Program-made: the position numbers and the translations under genes | Shown here: positions 38,363 through 51,176 of the stretch, piece by piece | Layout of the letters: each line of letters starts with the position of its first letter | Numbering within the stretch: the first letter of the stretch is position 1 | Assembly: GCF_004010195.1 (NCBI RefSeq) | Contig: NC_057750.1 | Coordinates: 9,744,062 to 9,808,061, forward strand | Direction: 5' to 3' | DNA length: 64,000 nt | From: Chiloscyllium plagiosum | Lineage: Eukaryota | The notes under the pieces: generated by a model | Database searches by the model: none | Seen by the model: the letters and a program-made list of their open reading frames with translations, nothing else | What the model was told of the DNA's origin: nothing

Positions 38363-38697
38363 GGGCGGCACGGTGCCTCAGTGGATAGCCCTGCTCCCTC
38401 ATAGCGCCAGGGAACCAGGCTCGATTCCACCCTCGGGTGACTGTCTGTGTGGAGTTTGCACATTCTCCCCGTGTCTGCGTGGGTTTGCTCCAGTTTCCTC
38501 CCACAATCCAAAGCTGCGCAGGTTAGGGTGGATTAGCCATGCGGAATTGCCCCATAGTGTCCAGGGATGTGCAGGTGAGGTGGGGAAATGCAGGGTTACA
38601 GGGATCGGGTTGGGTTTGGATGCGGTACTATTCAGAGGGACGGTATGGACTCGATGGGTTTAACGGCCTGCTTCCACAATGTAGGGATTCCGTGATT
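38363..38697 (+). mobile_element. HE1 SINE
   Basis: Head, V-domain and tail. Confidence 0.85.
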
Positions 38698-39989
38698 CTC
38701 ACTGACACTCAATTTGGGCTCTACTAAGGCCACTCAACCCGTGACCCCATTACAATTTTGGTTCAAACTGGGACAGGGGAGCCCAACTCGGAGGTCAGGT
38801 GAGAGTGATTCCCTTTGACACCAAGGCAGTACTAAGTACCATCTACAAGAAGCACTGCAGCAACTCACCAAAGGTACTTTGACAGCACCTGACCTCTAAC
38901 ATCCAGCTAGGACATTTGCCACAGAGAATGCAGGAAATCCAGCAACTGGAGATTCCCCCACCAAGGCACACTGCATCCTTCACTTCACCCTCACTGGATC
39001 ATAAACCCTGGAGCTCCCTCCCTGAGTATAACCTCCCCCACACAGACTGCAAAGGTTCAAGAATGATGAGAGCTCACCAACACCTTCTCAAGGACTATTC
39101 GAGTTGGTTAATAAATTCTGACTAAGCCAGAAACCCCCATGTCCCACAAACAAACTGAAACTCTCTCCTGCGGTGTAGCATAGTGGTAATATCACTGGAT
39201 GAGTAATTGACAATCCCTGGTGCCAATGGGTTCAAATCCCACCACAGCAGTTGGTCAATTTGGATTCAGTAAGAATCTGGATTGAAAGGTTTGTCTAACG
39301 CTGATCACGCAACCACTGTCGATAGTTGTTAAAGCTCCATCTTGTTTACTAATGACCTTTTCAGGGAAGGAAATGTGCCGTCCTTACCTGGTCTGGGCCT
39401 ACATGTGACTCCAGACCCACTGCGATATGGTTAACTCCTCACTGCCTTCTAGGCTTTTAGGGAAGGGCAGTAAATGCTTGATGAGCTCACGGTGTCTATG
39501 AACCAATAAACAAACTGTTCTTTCCCCATTCTTCTGCTAAAATAGTCCTTTGAGACTCTGAAATCGGGCATTTTCAACCATGCCTTTCCAAACTCTAGAC
39601 CCAACTCTTTCAGCGTCACCTGCCCAGTTACCCATCATGCACCCTGTTTATGTAAACTCAACTCATACTCTGCTGTTGCTTTCCTAACTCTGTCTCTGGT
39701 TCAGCTGCCATTCCCCCTACGTGAGTGGTGTTGGCACTTCGTCCACCCTTACCTCAACTTCCGAACTGCCATTTTGTCTTCGAACCCTCCATTGTCTCAC
39801 TTTCCCTGATCTTTATGACAACTCCAGCCTGACATCCCTGAAAGATCTCTACCCTCCTCGATCCCAGGATCTTGCTTATCCTTGATTCTCATCACTCCAT
39901 CATGAGGTAAAGCCTTGCCTTCACTTCTTGTCCCTCTCCCTCACTCTCTCTCATTCTTTAAGCCTTTTTTTAAAAGCTACTGTTTGAAT

Positions 39990-40252
39990 CATGGAATTCC
40001 CCACAGTGTGGAAACAGGCCCTTCGGCCCAACAAGTCCACACCGACCCTCCGAAGAGTAACTCACCCAGACTCATTCCCCCACCCTCTTATCCTATAGTT
40101 ACCCCTGACTAACCCACCTAACTTACACATCCCTGAACACTATCGGGCAATTTAGCATGGCCAATTCACCCTAACCTGCACATCTTTGGATTGTGGGAGG
40201 AAACCGGAGCACCTGGAGGAAACCCAAGTAGACACAAGGAGAATGCGCAAAT
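39990..40252 (-). mobile_element. 5'-truncated HE1 SINE
   Basis: Tail and V-domain present, head absent. Confidence 0.85.
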
Positions 40253-40873
40253 GGGGAGAGTTCTGAATCAAGCTTTCAATCACCTATCATATTAGCTGTC
40301 TATTATTTTTCTTTCACTGTCTTGGGAATGATGGTGGAGTGGTGGTAATGTTGCTGAATCGGTAATCCAGATGACCACTGATCTGTTTCTGCTGGAGCAG
40401 GAGTTATTTGAGACCCATCAGGCTGCACCAAGATGTCTCCCACATCAACTCCATGTTCCCATTCTATTTCCTCATCCACTACTTCCGTTACAGTTCAAGA
40501 TGCCATCCATCTGCCTTGAATATACTCAACAACGGAGCATCCATCACCCTCTGGATTACACAGTTTCGTAACCCTCAAACGGAAGAGATCTCCTCCTTCC
40601 CCTACCTTTGTCCTAAATAGCTGACCCCCTCAGCCAAGAGATTACCACCAGCGTGGTCTTTATCCAGGGGAACCTCGTAGCCATTTCCTGTCAGGCCTCC
40701 GAAGAATCTTATGAAGTTCAAATCAGATCACCTCTCATTCTTTTAAGCTCCAGACAGCAATGAGTCCGTTCTCCTCGATGTCCACTCAACTCCTCGTGTG
40801 ACGCGTGTGACTCCCCTCCCCCACCCGAAATTCAGGACTATTTGTGTTAGGCAGCACAACCAGAATCTCTGAT

Positions 40874-41610
40874 TGTTATGACTCAGTGGTGAACCTTTCT
40901 GTTAATTAAACCAAACACACAGATAAGCTCACCCCGCCTCATAATCTGTTAAAGTACGAGCGACAGAGAACTGCCCAAATTCCACTATTTAAAGAAAAAT
41001 AGCAGTTTTATTCTTTAAATCTAAAAATGTACATTAAACAACAACTCTTTACAACTCACTCCCCCTTTCTCTTAAAGGTCTGTTATCTACCTCCAATTCG
41101 ATAACAATATACTGATCCAATAGAAGCCCCTAATACAATTACATCGATTTAACTTTCAAAACCAGACAGTGGCTGTCATCATCAGTGTCAGTCTTCTTCT
41201 GCTGTAGGTCTCCCTGGGTCATCTTCCGTCTTTTGCCGCAAAGACGTTTCATGTGAAAAAGGTACTTTTCATAGAGAGCTTTGAATGACAGTCTTTCTCA
41301 ATGGCAGTTTGTCACTCTCTCTGACTAACTCTCCAAAATGCCGGCTTGTTTTATACCCAAAACGTCGGATTGTCTCATTGGTTCGATGTTGTCAAATCAG
41401 TAAAATTCATATTCGATTGGGTTTTGGTATCCTGGGGCATAATTTACACTGATTGGTTAAATTCGAACTGTTGTGAACATAGCAGCCAAATGTTACATAT
41501 GTTCAATTGGCCAGTACACTCTGAGACTGCTAGTCAGTCACATGTCAAGTGCCTGCCAACAACTTTCACTCTCTCTTAAAGGGACAGTACACGCCTTCAA
41601 CCTCATAACA
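40874..41610 (-). mobile_element. Intact solo LTR (737 bp, probably Gypsy class)
   Basis: TGTTATGA...TCATAACA 8-bp inverted termini; 4-bp TSD TGAT (40870-40873, 41611-41614); minus-strand CCAAT boxes, TATAAAA (41355-41349) and AATAAA (about 41012-41007). Confidence 0.88.
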
Positions 41611-42079
41611 TGATTCACCCCAAAACACCTCTGTTTCAAGTTAAGATACCAACAACCTCACTCTGAACTAACTGCTGACGACTATAACACTTGTGTCTCA
41701 GTGTTAATGGAGAAAACTGTCACAGGTTCAGAAGCTCCAACAATTTACATTAAGGTATGTCTTTACTCAATTGCTACTCTTAAAACTGATTGAAATGGTT
41801 TAACTAGCTTTTGTTTTTAATTACTAGCACCAAAGCTTCAGAGAATTCACCGGAGCATAGAAGGTTGAGGTGTGACCTTAGTGACATTTATAAAATCAGA
41901 TAAGATGAATGATAGGTGTCTCTCCCCTCGAGTGGGGGATTTCAAGATGAGGGGGCAGATTGTTAAGTAGGAAGGAGAGAGACTTAATAAAGAGTTGGGG
42001 GGGCAAATTTAGTTTGGGATTATATTCGGCATGAACGGAAGGATCTGTTTCAATGTTGTATGACTCCATGACTTTAGGA

Positions 42080-42402
42080 TGGTATGGTGGCTCAGTGGTT
42101 AGCGTGGCTACCTCACAACGCCAGGGATCCAGGTTAGATTCCTGCCTCGGGCGACTGTCTGTGTGGAGTTTGCACATGCTCCCCGTGTCTGCGTGGGTTT
42201 GCTCCAGTTTCCTCCCACAGTCCAAAGGTGTGTCGGTTGGGGTGGATTGGCCAGGCTAAATTGCCTGTAGTGTTCAGGGATGTGCAGGTTCGGTGCATTA
42301 GTTACAGTAATAGGGTAGGGGAATGGGTGGGTTATTCTTTGGGGGGGTCGGCGTGGACTTGTTGGACCAAATGGCCTGTTTCCACAATGCAGAGTCTATG
42401 AC
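42080..42402 (+). mobile_element. HE1 SINE
   Basis: Head, V-domain and tail. Confidence 0.85.
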
Positions 42403-43727
42403 TCTGAGTTGTTGCAAATGGCTCTGAAGGATTAATACTGAGTGTCATAGCACAATGCACTGAGATTACATCATATGGATTTGAAGACAGATCCTGAATG
42501 GCTTGCTTCCACATTTCTTCCCACCCCCACTTGCCTAAGGTAGTAAAACCACCACTAGCCATCTCTCTCTCTCTCTCTGTAATGAGAGAGCAGCCCTGTG
42601 GCCTGGTAGGAATATGATAATTTTACTGTTACCTTTTCCTGTATGTTCCTATCAGTCCGGTCATTTGAAGGAAACAAATCTGAGCAGAGCACTAGCAAAA
42701 TCCTCCTTGTCTTGCTCTTCCGGGAGGTTCCTCTTCCTCCGTCACAGCACGGCTTTAGGAAAAGTGAGCACCCCTCCCCCTTCCCTCCCCCCCAACCCAG
42801 ATCCTGATCAATAATCACCTCTCAACTAACAATCAAGTCGGGTCACAAAATCTAGTCATTTCCGTTCATTGGAAGTTTGTCTTTGGAAACAGCCTGCTCC
42901 TCAATCTTGTAAGGTGCCTTGGGACATCCTCAGGCTTTGGCAGGCACTACATAAATGCAATTTCTTTCTTTCGATGCCGACTGATTCCTAGGATGGTGGG
43001 ACTTTGTTCACTGGGGGTGGGGAGGGTCTGGAAGAATGAGGGGTGGGGGAGGAATCTCATGAAAACCTATAAAACTCTTAACAGGACCAGACAGGGACGA
43101 CACAGGAAGGATGTTCCCAATGAGCAGCGAGACCAGAGCCAGGGGTTTTGACGGTAACGATGTGGGGGTAGGACGGAGATGGAGCGATATGTCTTCACCC
43201 AGAGCGCGGGCGGGTCGGTGACGTTCTCTGCCATCGAAAACAGTTGAGGTCAAAACATTGAATGTTATCAAGATGGCGTTAAATATAGTTCTTAGGGCTA
43301 AAGGGATCAAGGTGTATGGGGGGTGAAAGCAGGAACAGGGACTGAGCCGGATAATCAGCCACATTCATATTGAATGGCAGAGCAAAGGGGTGAATGGAGT
43401 TGGGACGTCATATTGCAGCTGTACAGGGCATTGGTTAGGCCACCTTTGGAATATTGCATTCAATTCTGGTCTCCCTGCTGAAGGAAGGATGTTGTGAAAC
43501 TTGAAAGGGTTCAAAAAAAGATGTACAAGGATGTTTTGAAACCTGAAAGGGTTCAGAAAAGCTTGTGTTTTCTATAATTCAATGTATCATCCAGTGGTGA
43601 TGCTTTGATTAATATCAAAGGTGAATACTACAAGAAAATATTTCCTTAGAAAATAATAAAAGCTGACTTTTCAATTGCTGCAGTTGGATGTCACCATATT
43701 AATCAAGCGATTCAAATAGAAATATCA

Positions 43728-43733
43728 TTTATT
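43728..43733 (-). terminator. Probable polyadenylation signal of the KCNK13-like mRNA
   Basis: First AATAAA on the minus strand after the stop (about 700 nt downstream), in unique AT-rich sequence and followed by T-rich tracts before TE sequence begins. Confidence 0.6.
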
Positions 43734-44438
43734 TACAGCCGTAGAAATGTTTACAGAGACGTTTCACGGTCTGGTCATATCTTTTAGAAGACTTTTCCGA
43801 TTCTAGTCGTTCCCAGACTGGAAAGCGAATTCCGGATCAGTCGGGGGTCACTGTCTCTATCGGGGAAGTGGCCTCTGTGCTTGTCCATTGCTGACCTTTC
43901 AGTTTTAATCCCTCTGTCACTGGTAGCTGAGCACTCAGAGCCCCACTCTCTCCTCCCCACTCCACTCCCTCTCTCCGTCTCTTCCTCTATGACCAGATTT
44001 GGTCTATCTCATCATCGTCCTAATGAGATCTCGGTGTTGGATTCCACCGCACATCGTTCCTTAAGACGTTTGACCACACTGATGGGCGTTAGATGAATGC
44101 AAGTGGTTGTTGTTGGCCTTGTCCAGAGAGAGAGGGGGGGAGAGAGAGAGAGTCCAGTTGTTGTCCTTCAGGCACCCTGAGCTATTCTGGTTCACCCATG
44201 GTGCACGGGTCCCAGTTGGGGAGACCACTACCCTCTGGTGGAGGTGGGAGTGAGCGCTCTTCCTGGGGCCTAGCTCCTTCGCCCGTCCCTTCAATGTTAG
44301 GCATGCGCCAGTAGCCCAACCCGCACGGAGCATCGTCAGGGACAATCCTGACCAGACCTTTGCTGTAACAAAGGTAAAGGGCAGGTGAATCGGCCGCATT
44401 GACCAAACAGACAGCAGATACGTCCTCCTGCCCATAAG

Positions 44439-45331
44439 TTACCTGTCCACACTGGTCTCTGCCAACCTATTGTTCATGATGGCCAGGGCCCCCACACCCC
44501 GAGAGAAGCCGTTGAACCGAGAGTGGCTCTGCCTGGGGCCCCCGTTGGCGGTCTCGGAGAGTTGCTTCTGCATTATGGCCAAGGAGACCTTGTTGGAGGC
44601 CAAGAAGTCTTTGACGGATATCATCTCGCCCGACATCCGGCGGCCGTCAGTCTCGCTGTCGCACACAGTCTCCATGGAGACGGCGTGCGGCCTGGTCTTC
44701 GGCAGCACTGGGTGGACAGTGTTGCAGTGAGGCCCGGCCCTTCTCTTGCCCGGGCACCGCCAGCAACCCCGGCACTCCATCCTCTTCAGGATCCAGTTGA
44801 GGAACTGCTTGATGACGATGGAGGAGACGTTGAACAGGGAGTAGAGGCAGCAGACGCCCGCCAGGATGAGGAGGAAGTTCCCCGCCCGGTAGAGGGTTTG
44901 GTTGGCGTAGGTGGCCCTCTGGCTGCTCACCAGATCGCCGAAGCCGATGGTGCTGAAGGTGACGAAGCAGAAGTACAGCGACTCAGCGTAGCTCCAGCCC
45001 TCCACGGGAGCGTACATGGCCGACGCGCAGCAGGAGATGACCAGCGACGCTCCCCCTAGAATGGCCATGACATAGTAGACGGAAGGCTTCCAGTCATCCA
45101 GGCTGTCCACCTCCCCCGAGGGGCTGGAGTCCCGTCGGCATTCCAAGAGGCCGGAAGGGCCAGCCCTCTGTACCCTCCTCTCATGGAACCAGCGCAGGAT
45201 GTAGGCCAACAGCGTGATGATCCGCTCCAGGAAGAGATTGAAGAACAAAATGGTGGCGGCGCAGCCCACCAATCCGTAGAAAATCAGGAAGACTCTCCCG
45301 CCAACGGTCACTGGGGTGGCCATCCCAAACC
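44439..45331 (-). CDS. KCNK13: THIK-family two-pore K+ channel (KCNK13/THIK-1-like), coding exon 2 (M2-M4, P2, C-tail)
   Basis: Acceptor ctctgcag|GG at 45332/45331 completes TIG-F-G in phase with exon 1. Contains GCAATILFFNLFLER, WKPSVYYVM, second filter FSTIGFGDLVS and C-terminal AIMNNRLAETSVDR-TAA. 337+893 nt = 410 codons, i.e. 409 aa. Confidence 0.95.
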
Positions 45332-46316
45332 CTGCAGAGGAGGGGGTTGGGGGGAGGGGTGGGAAATGAGGGGAAAGTATTCCATCACTGAGGTCTCAAT
45401 AGTCTCAGCTCGTTCCACTTTGAAGCCAACTCAATGACCAAACCAACAGCTGAACTAATAACCAAATCGCATTCCGAGGCTTAACGTAGTGAGGCAAAGA
45501 CTCTAATTATTGATCAGGGGGAATACTCCCCACTCATGGGGGAAGTCTAGGACCAGAGGGCACAGTCTGAGAATAAGGTGCCAATTTAAGACTGAAATGA
45601 GGACGAATTTCTTCTCTCTGAACAAAGAGACCTTGGAGTGCAGGTTCATAGCTCCTTGAAAGTGGAGTCGCAGGTAGCTAGGATAGTGAAGGCGGCGTTT
45701 GTCACGCTTGCCTGACCGGAGATAGAACACTCAGATAAGGGGTATAGACAGGGTGGACAGCAAAAAGCTTTTTCCCCAGAATGGGGGCCTCAATCACTAG
45801 GGGTCACAAATTCAAGGTGAGAGGGATACAGATCTTCAGAAAATAGGTGACAGGTTTAAGACAGAGGATTGGAATAGGCGCAGGCTTGAAGGGCCGAAGG
45901 GCCAGTTCCTGTGCTGTAATATTCTTTGTTCCATAAAATAAAATTTGATACTGAACTCCGTGCGATATAACCACAGGGTGGCCAGACACTTGATCAAAGA
46001 CGCAGGTTTCTAAGCAGCATCTTAAAAGAGTTGACAGAAGTGGAGCAGAGGTTTAGAGACTCGATTCCCGAATCCGGGACCTCGGCACTGATGTTGAAGC
46101 CATTAAAACTGGGGAAATGTGAAACTTGGGTTGGGGGGGGGGGGCGGGGGTGCAGAGACCCCGGGAGGAAATGCAATGCAACGCCAAGTGCTGGAAAATG
46201 GGATGAGAATAATTAGGTGGCTGTTTTTGACTGGCACTTTAAGGCCTGCAGGAGGTTACAGGGGTGTGACGGGTTGGCATGAGAACCGGAATGGATCTCT
46301 AAACAGCGATGAGAAT

Positions 46317-47298
46317 CTGGATGTAAGTTTTCTCACTCAGCTGGAAGGTTCGTTTTTGGACGTTTCGTCACCATATTAGGTAACATCATCAGTGAGCCTC
46401 CAGTGAGGCACCGGTGTTAGTGACCCACTTTCTATTTGTGTGTTTAGGTTTCCTTGGGTAGGTGATGTCATTTCCTGCAGTGATGTCATTTTCTGTTCTT
46501 TTCCTCAGAAGGTGGTAAATGGGGTCCAAGTCGATGTGTTTGCTGATAGAGTTTCAGTTGGAATGCCGTGCTTCTAGGAATTCTCGTGCGTGTCTCTGTT
46601 TGGCTTGTCCTAGGATGAATGCGTTGTCCCAGTCAAAATGGTGTCTTTCCTTATCTGTATGTAAGGGTACTGGTGAGAGAGGGTCATGTCTTTTTGTGGC
46701 TAGTTGATGTTCATATATACTGATGGCTAGCTTTCTGCCTGTTTGTCCAATGCAGTGTTTGTTACAGTTCTTGCAAGGTACTTTGTAAATGACATTTGTT
46801 TTGCTTGTTATCTGGATAATGTCAAATTCATTAGCTGCTGTTTTAGTGTGTTGGTGGGTTTGTGGGCTACCTTGATGCCACGGGGTCTGAGTAGTCTGGC
46901 AGTCATTTCAGAGATGAGGAAGGACACCACTTCGACTGGGACAACACATCCATCCTCGGACAAACCAAACGGAGGCACGCACGAGAATTCCTAGAAGCAT
47001 GGCATCCCAACCGGAATTCAATCAACAAACACATCAACTTGGACCCCCCGAGAAAAAGAGCCGGAAATGACATCACCACAGCAAATGACATCACCACAGG
47101 AACTGACATCACCAACCCAAGGTAACCTAAACACATAAATAGAAAGTGGGTCACTAACACCTGTGCTTCACCAGAGGTTCACTGATGACGTTACTTAGTA
47201 TGGTGACAAAATGTCTGAAAATGAACCTTCCAACTCAGCAAGCAAACTTATATCCAGAACCTCAACCTGAGCAAAAAATCTTCTCAAAACTCGCTAGG
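46317..47298. mobile_element. Inverted PLE (family 3) insertion in the channel intron, with GIY-YIG remnant and hammerhead cores
   Basis: Minus arm translates KTNVIYKVPCKNCNKHCIGQTGRKLAISIYEHQLATKRHD..HFDWDN..HAREFLEA; plus arm 46914-47298 repeats the 3' part; TSD GATGAGAAT at 46308-46316 and 47299-47307. Confidence 0.88.
46359..46392 (-). ncRNA. Minimal hammerhead core, sense to the KCNK13-like pre-mRNA
   Basis: CUGAUGA-U-GUUACC(UAAUAU)GGUGAC-GAAA-C-GUC; stem I is mismatched in this copy. Confidence 0.55.
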
Positions 47299-47397
47299 GA
47301 TGAGAATATTACAATTGAGGTATTGCAGGACCAGAAGCCAATGTAGATTAGTCAGCAAAGGAAGAGGCAACCAGGAGATGAGATGAAAATATTGGAG

Positions 47398-48300
47398 AGT
47401 CATAGAGTCTTATAGCAACAGAAACAGATACTTCGTTCCAACCAGTCCATGCTAAACATAATCCCAAACTCAACCTGCCTGCTCCTGGCCCATATCCCTC
47501 CAAACCTTTCCTATTCATGTACTTGTCCAAAAGTCTTTTAAATGTTGTACCCATACCCATATCCATCAATTCCTCAGGAAGTTTATTCCACACTCTGCGT
47601 AAAAAGTTTCCCCTCATGTCTTTTTTAAATCTCCCTCCTCTCACCTTAAAAATGTGCCCCCCAGTCTTGAAATCTAGGGAAAACACAATTACCATTAACT
47701 CTATCTATACCTCTCATTATTTTATAAACTTCTATAAGGTCACCCGTCAACACTCCAGTGAAAAAAGTCCCAGCCTATTCAGAATTTCTTTATAACTCAA
47801 ATCTTGCATACCCGGCAATATCCTAGTAACTTTCTTCTGAACCCTCTCCAGTTTAATGATATTCTTCCTATAACTGGGCGACCAGAACTGGACACAGTTC
47901 TCTAGAAGAGGCCTCACCAATGTCCTGTACAACCTCAACATGACGTCCCAACTCCTACACTGAAAGGACTAGCAATGATGGCATGGGTGCCAAATGCCTT
48001 TCTAACCATCCTGTCTATAAGCGGCATAAACTTCAAAGAATTATGTACCTGCACCCTGATGTCCCTCTGCTCCACAACACTACCCAGGCCCCTACCATTA
48101 ACTGTATAAGCCCCACCCGATTTGATGTACCAAACTGCAATACCTCACATTTATCCATATTGAACTCAATCTGCTCCTCCTCACCCAATGACCCATTTGA
48201 TCTAGCTCCTTTTGTAATCTTAGAAAATCTTCTTCCCTGTCTACAAAGCCACCAATTTTAGTGTTACCCCCACAACCTTGCTAACCAAGCCTTCTATAAT
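47398..48300 (-). mobile_element. CR1/HER1-type LINE fragment
   Basis: LRLYRTLVRPLLENCVQFWSPSYRKNIIKLERVQKKVTRILPG. Confidence 0.9.
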
Positions 48301-48626
48301 CCTATTGTACAGGTAACAATGACGTGGAGGAGCCGGTGTTGGACTGGGGTGGACCAGGTCAGAAGTCACACAACACCGGGTTATAGACCAATAGGTTTAT
48401 TTGAAATCGAAGCACTGCCCCTTCATCAGGGAAAACCACTTCACCCTTGTGATTCCGAATAAACCTGTTGACCATAACCTGGCAGGTAACCATGGCGATG
48501 GATGAGGGGTTGAGTGACAGAATAAGCTTAGACAGCGATGGAGAGTGTTGCCTGCAGTTCAAACGGTGTGTGTATTTGGAATGACAATGTGAATATTTTA
48601 TTACCTCATATTAATTAGCACTAATT

Positions 48627-49492
48627 GGGCAGCACGGTAGCTCAGTGGTTAGCACTGCTGCCTCACAGCACCAGGGACCTGGGTTTGATTCCGCCCTCGG
48701 GCGACTGTGTGGAGTTTGCACATTCTCCCCGTGTCGGTGAGGGTTTCCTCCGGGTGCTCCGGTTACCTCCAACAGTCCAAAGATGTGTAGGTTCGGGTGG
48801 ATCGGCGATGGTAAATTACCCAATAGTGTTCAGGGATGTGTAGGCTGGGGTGGATTGGCCATGCTAAATTACCCCATAGTGTTCAGGGATGTGNNNNNNN
48901 NNNNNNNNNNNNNNNNNNNNNNNNNNNNNNNNNNNNNNNNNNNNNNNNNNNNNNNNNNNNNNNNNNNNNNNNNNNNNNNNNNNNNNNNNNNNNNNNNNNN
49001 NNNNNNNNNNNNNNNNNNNNNNNNNNNNNNNNNNNNNNNNNNNNNNNNNNNNNNNNNNNNNNNNNNNNGCTAAATTGTTCCATAGTGCCCAGGGATGTGC
49101 AGGTTAGGGTGGATTGGCCATGCTAAATTGTCTCATAGTGTTCGGGGATGTGCAGGTTAGGATGGATTAGCCATGCTAAATTACCCCATAGTGTTCAGGG
49201 ATGTGCAGGTTAGGGTGGATTGGCCATGAGAAATTGCCCCATAGCGTTCAGGGATGTGAAAGTTAGGGTGGATTGGCCATGCTAAATGACCCCATAGTGT
49301 TCAGGGATGTGCAGGTTAGGGTGGATTGGCCATGCTAAATTACCCCACAGTGTTCAGGGATGTGTAGGTTAGGTGCATCAGTTAGGAGTAAATGTTCGAG
49401 TAATGGGAATGGGTTTTGGGTGTGATTCTCTTTGGAGGTTCGGTGTGAACGTGTTGGGCCGATGAGCCTGTTTCCACACTGCAGAGATTCTA
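48627..49492 (+). mobile_element. HE1 SINE with a long 53-bp tandem array spanning the assembly gap 48894-49068
   Basis: Head at 48627, repeated gatgtgcaggttagggtggattggccatgctaaatt..catagtgttcagg on both sides of the Ns, then the tail. Confidence 0.88.
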
Positions 49493-50687
49493 AGGTTCTA
49501 AGAGCTGGGTCTCGTCTGCCAGATACTTTTATGTGGAAATGGTAATTAATGACGTTCAATATAACCTTTTGCTTTATAGCTCCAGCTGTCGATTTGTTTG
49601 AAATCCTCACATCTTAGTACTTGGACTCTGATAACCGACTGAATTTTAATTGCTGTCTTCTATTAAGGCAACATTTGATGATAACTGTGCAATGAAAGAG
49701 TTCGACGGAAGCAGAGTTAATTATTCACTTCCTCGGGTCCTGATAAGACAGAAGAAATTTCCATCAGACTCTTCCTCAACTCCTTGATTTACTGCAGTTC
49801 AAATGAATCCTTCTCACCGCCCGAAAGGAAAAGAGCCCACACGGTTGTGGATCGCCCCCTCATGGTTGTGTGGTCAACTGGACCACTTAGATTGGGCACC
49901 TGTTTCTCTCATCCTAAAAAATCCCAACAAGACCAGACAGGGTAACCACAGAGAGGATGTTCCCGATGACTGGCGAATGCAGAATCAAGGGGGTGATGGT
50001 TTAAGGATACAGGAGAGGCCATTTTGGACTGAGATGAGGAGAAATGTCTTCACCCAGAGAGTGGGGGAGCCTGTGGAACTTTCTGCCACAGAGAGCGATT
50101 GAGACCAAAATATAGAATGTTTTCAAAAAGAAGTTAGATAATGTTCTTAGGACTAAAAGGATCAAGGGGGAGGAGACAAAGCGGGAAAAGGGGACTGAGC
50201 TGAATGATCAGCCATGATGATATTGAACAGCGCAGCAGGCTCAATGGGCAGATTGGTCTATTCCGCCCCATATTTTCCACATTTCTCTGTTTCACCACTG
50301 CGTTTGAGCCAACTACAGGAGCGAGGTGGAAGGGGATGGGGGGGGGTTTAACTGAAGTTGACCTTGAGGACTGGATGGGGTGGATACCCAGTGGATATTT
50401 CCTCTTGTGGATGAGTCTAAAACAAGGCAATACAGGTTAAGGATAGGAGGTCTCCTCTTTAAGACATCAATCTTATCTCTCAAAGAGTTGTCAGTTTGTG
50501 GTCATCTCTTCCGCAGGAGGTAATGGAGGTTGCGTCTTCGAGTTTATTCGAGGACGATTTCAATCGATTTTTGATAGACGGGTTGCCTCGAGTTATAGCG
50601 GGGGGAAGAGATAGCAAAGTGGAGTTCAAAACGCAGCCAGATTAGCCATGATCTTGTTGAATGGGAACCACTTCTTCCTGGTTTGGT

Positions 50688-51176
50688 GGGTGGCTCAGTG
50701 GTTAGCAATGCTGCCTCCCAGCACCAGGAACACGGGTTCAATCCCACCTTCAGGTGACTGTCTGTGCGGAGTTTGCACATTCTCCCCGTGTCTGTGTGGG
50801 TTTCCTCCCACAGTCCAAAAATTTGCAGATTAGGATGGATTGGCTGTGCTGAATTGCCCCATTGTGCCCAGAGATGTGTAGGTTAGGGTGGATTGGCCGT
50901 GCTAAATTGCCCCATAGTGCCCAGAGATGTGTAGGTTAGGGAGGATTGGCCATGCTAAATTACCCCATAGTGCCCAGAGATGTGTAGGTTAGGGTGGATT
51001 GGCCATGCTAAATTGCCTCATAGTGCCCAGAGATGTGTAGGTTAGGGTGGATTGGCCATGCTAAATTACCCCATAGTGCCCAGAGATGTGTAGGTTAGGG
51101 TGGATTGGCCGTGCTAAATTGCCTCATAGTGCCCAGAGATGTGCGGGTGAGGGTGGATTGGCCGTGCTAAATTGCC
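50688..51176 (+). mobile_element. HE1 SINE with a 53-bp array running into the gap 51177-51888
   Basis: About 7 units visible before the Ns. Confidence 0.88.

Noticed and set aside
44523..45059. 178-aa plus-strand ORF
   Set aside because: Antisense shadow of the GC3-rich channel exon 2.
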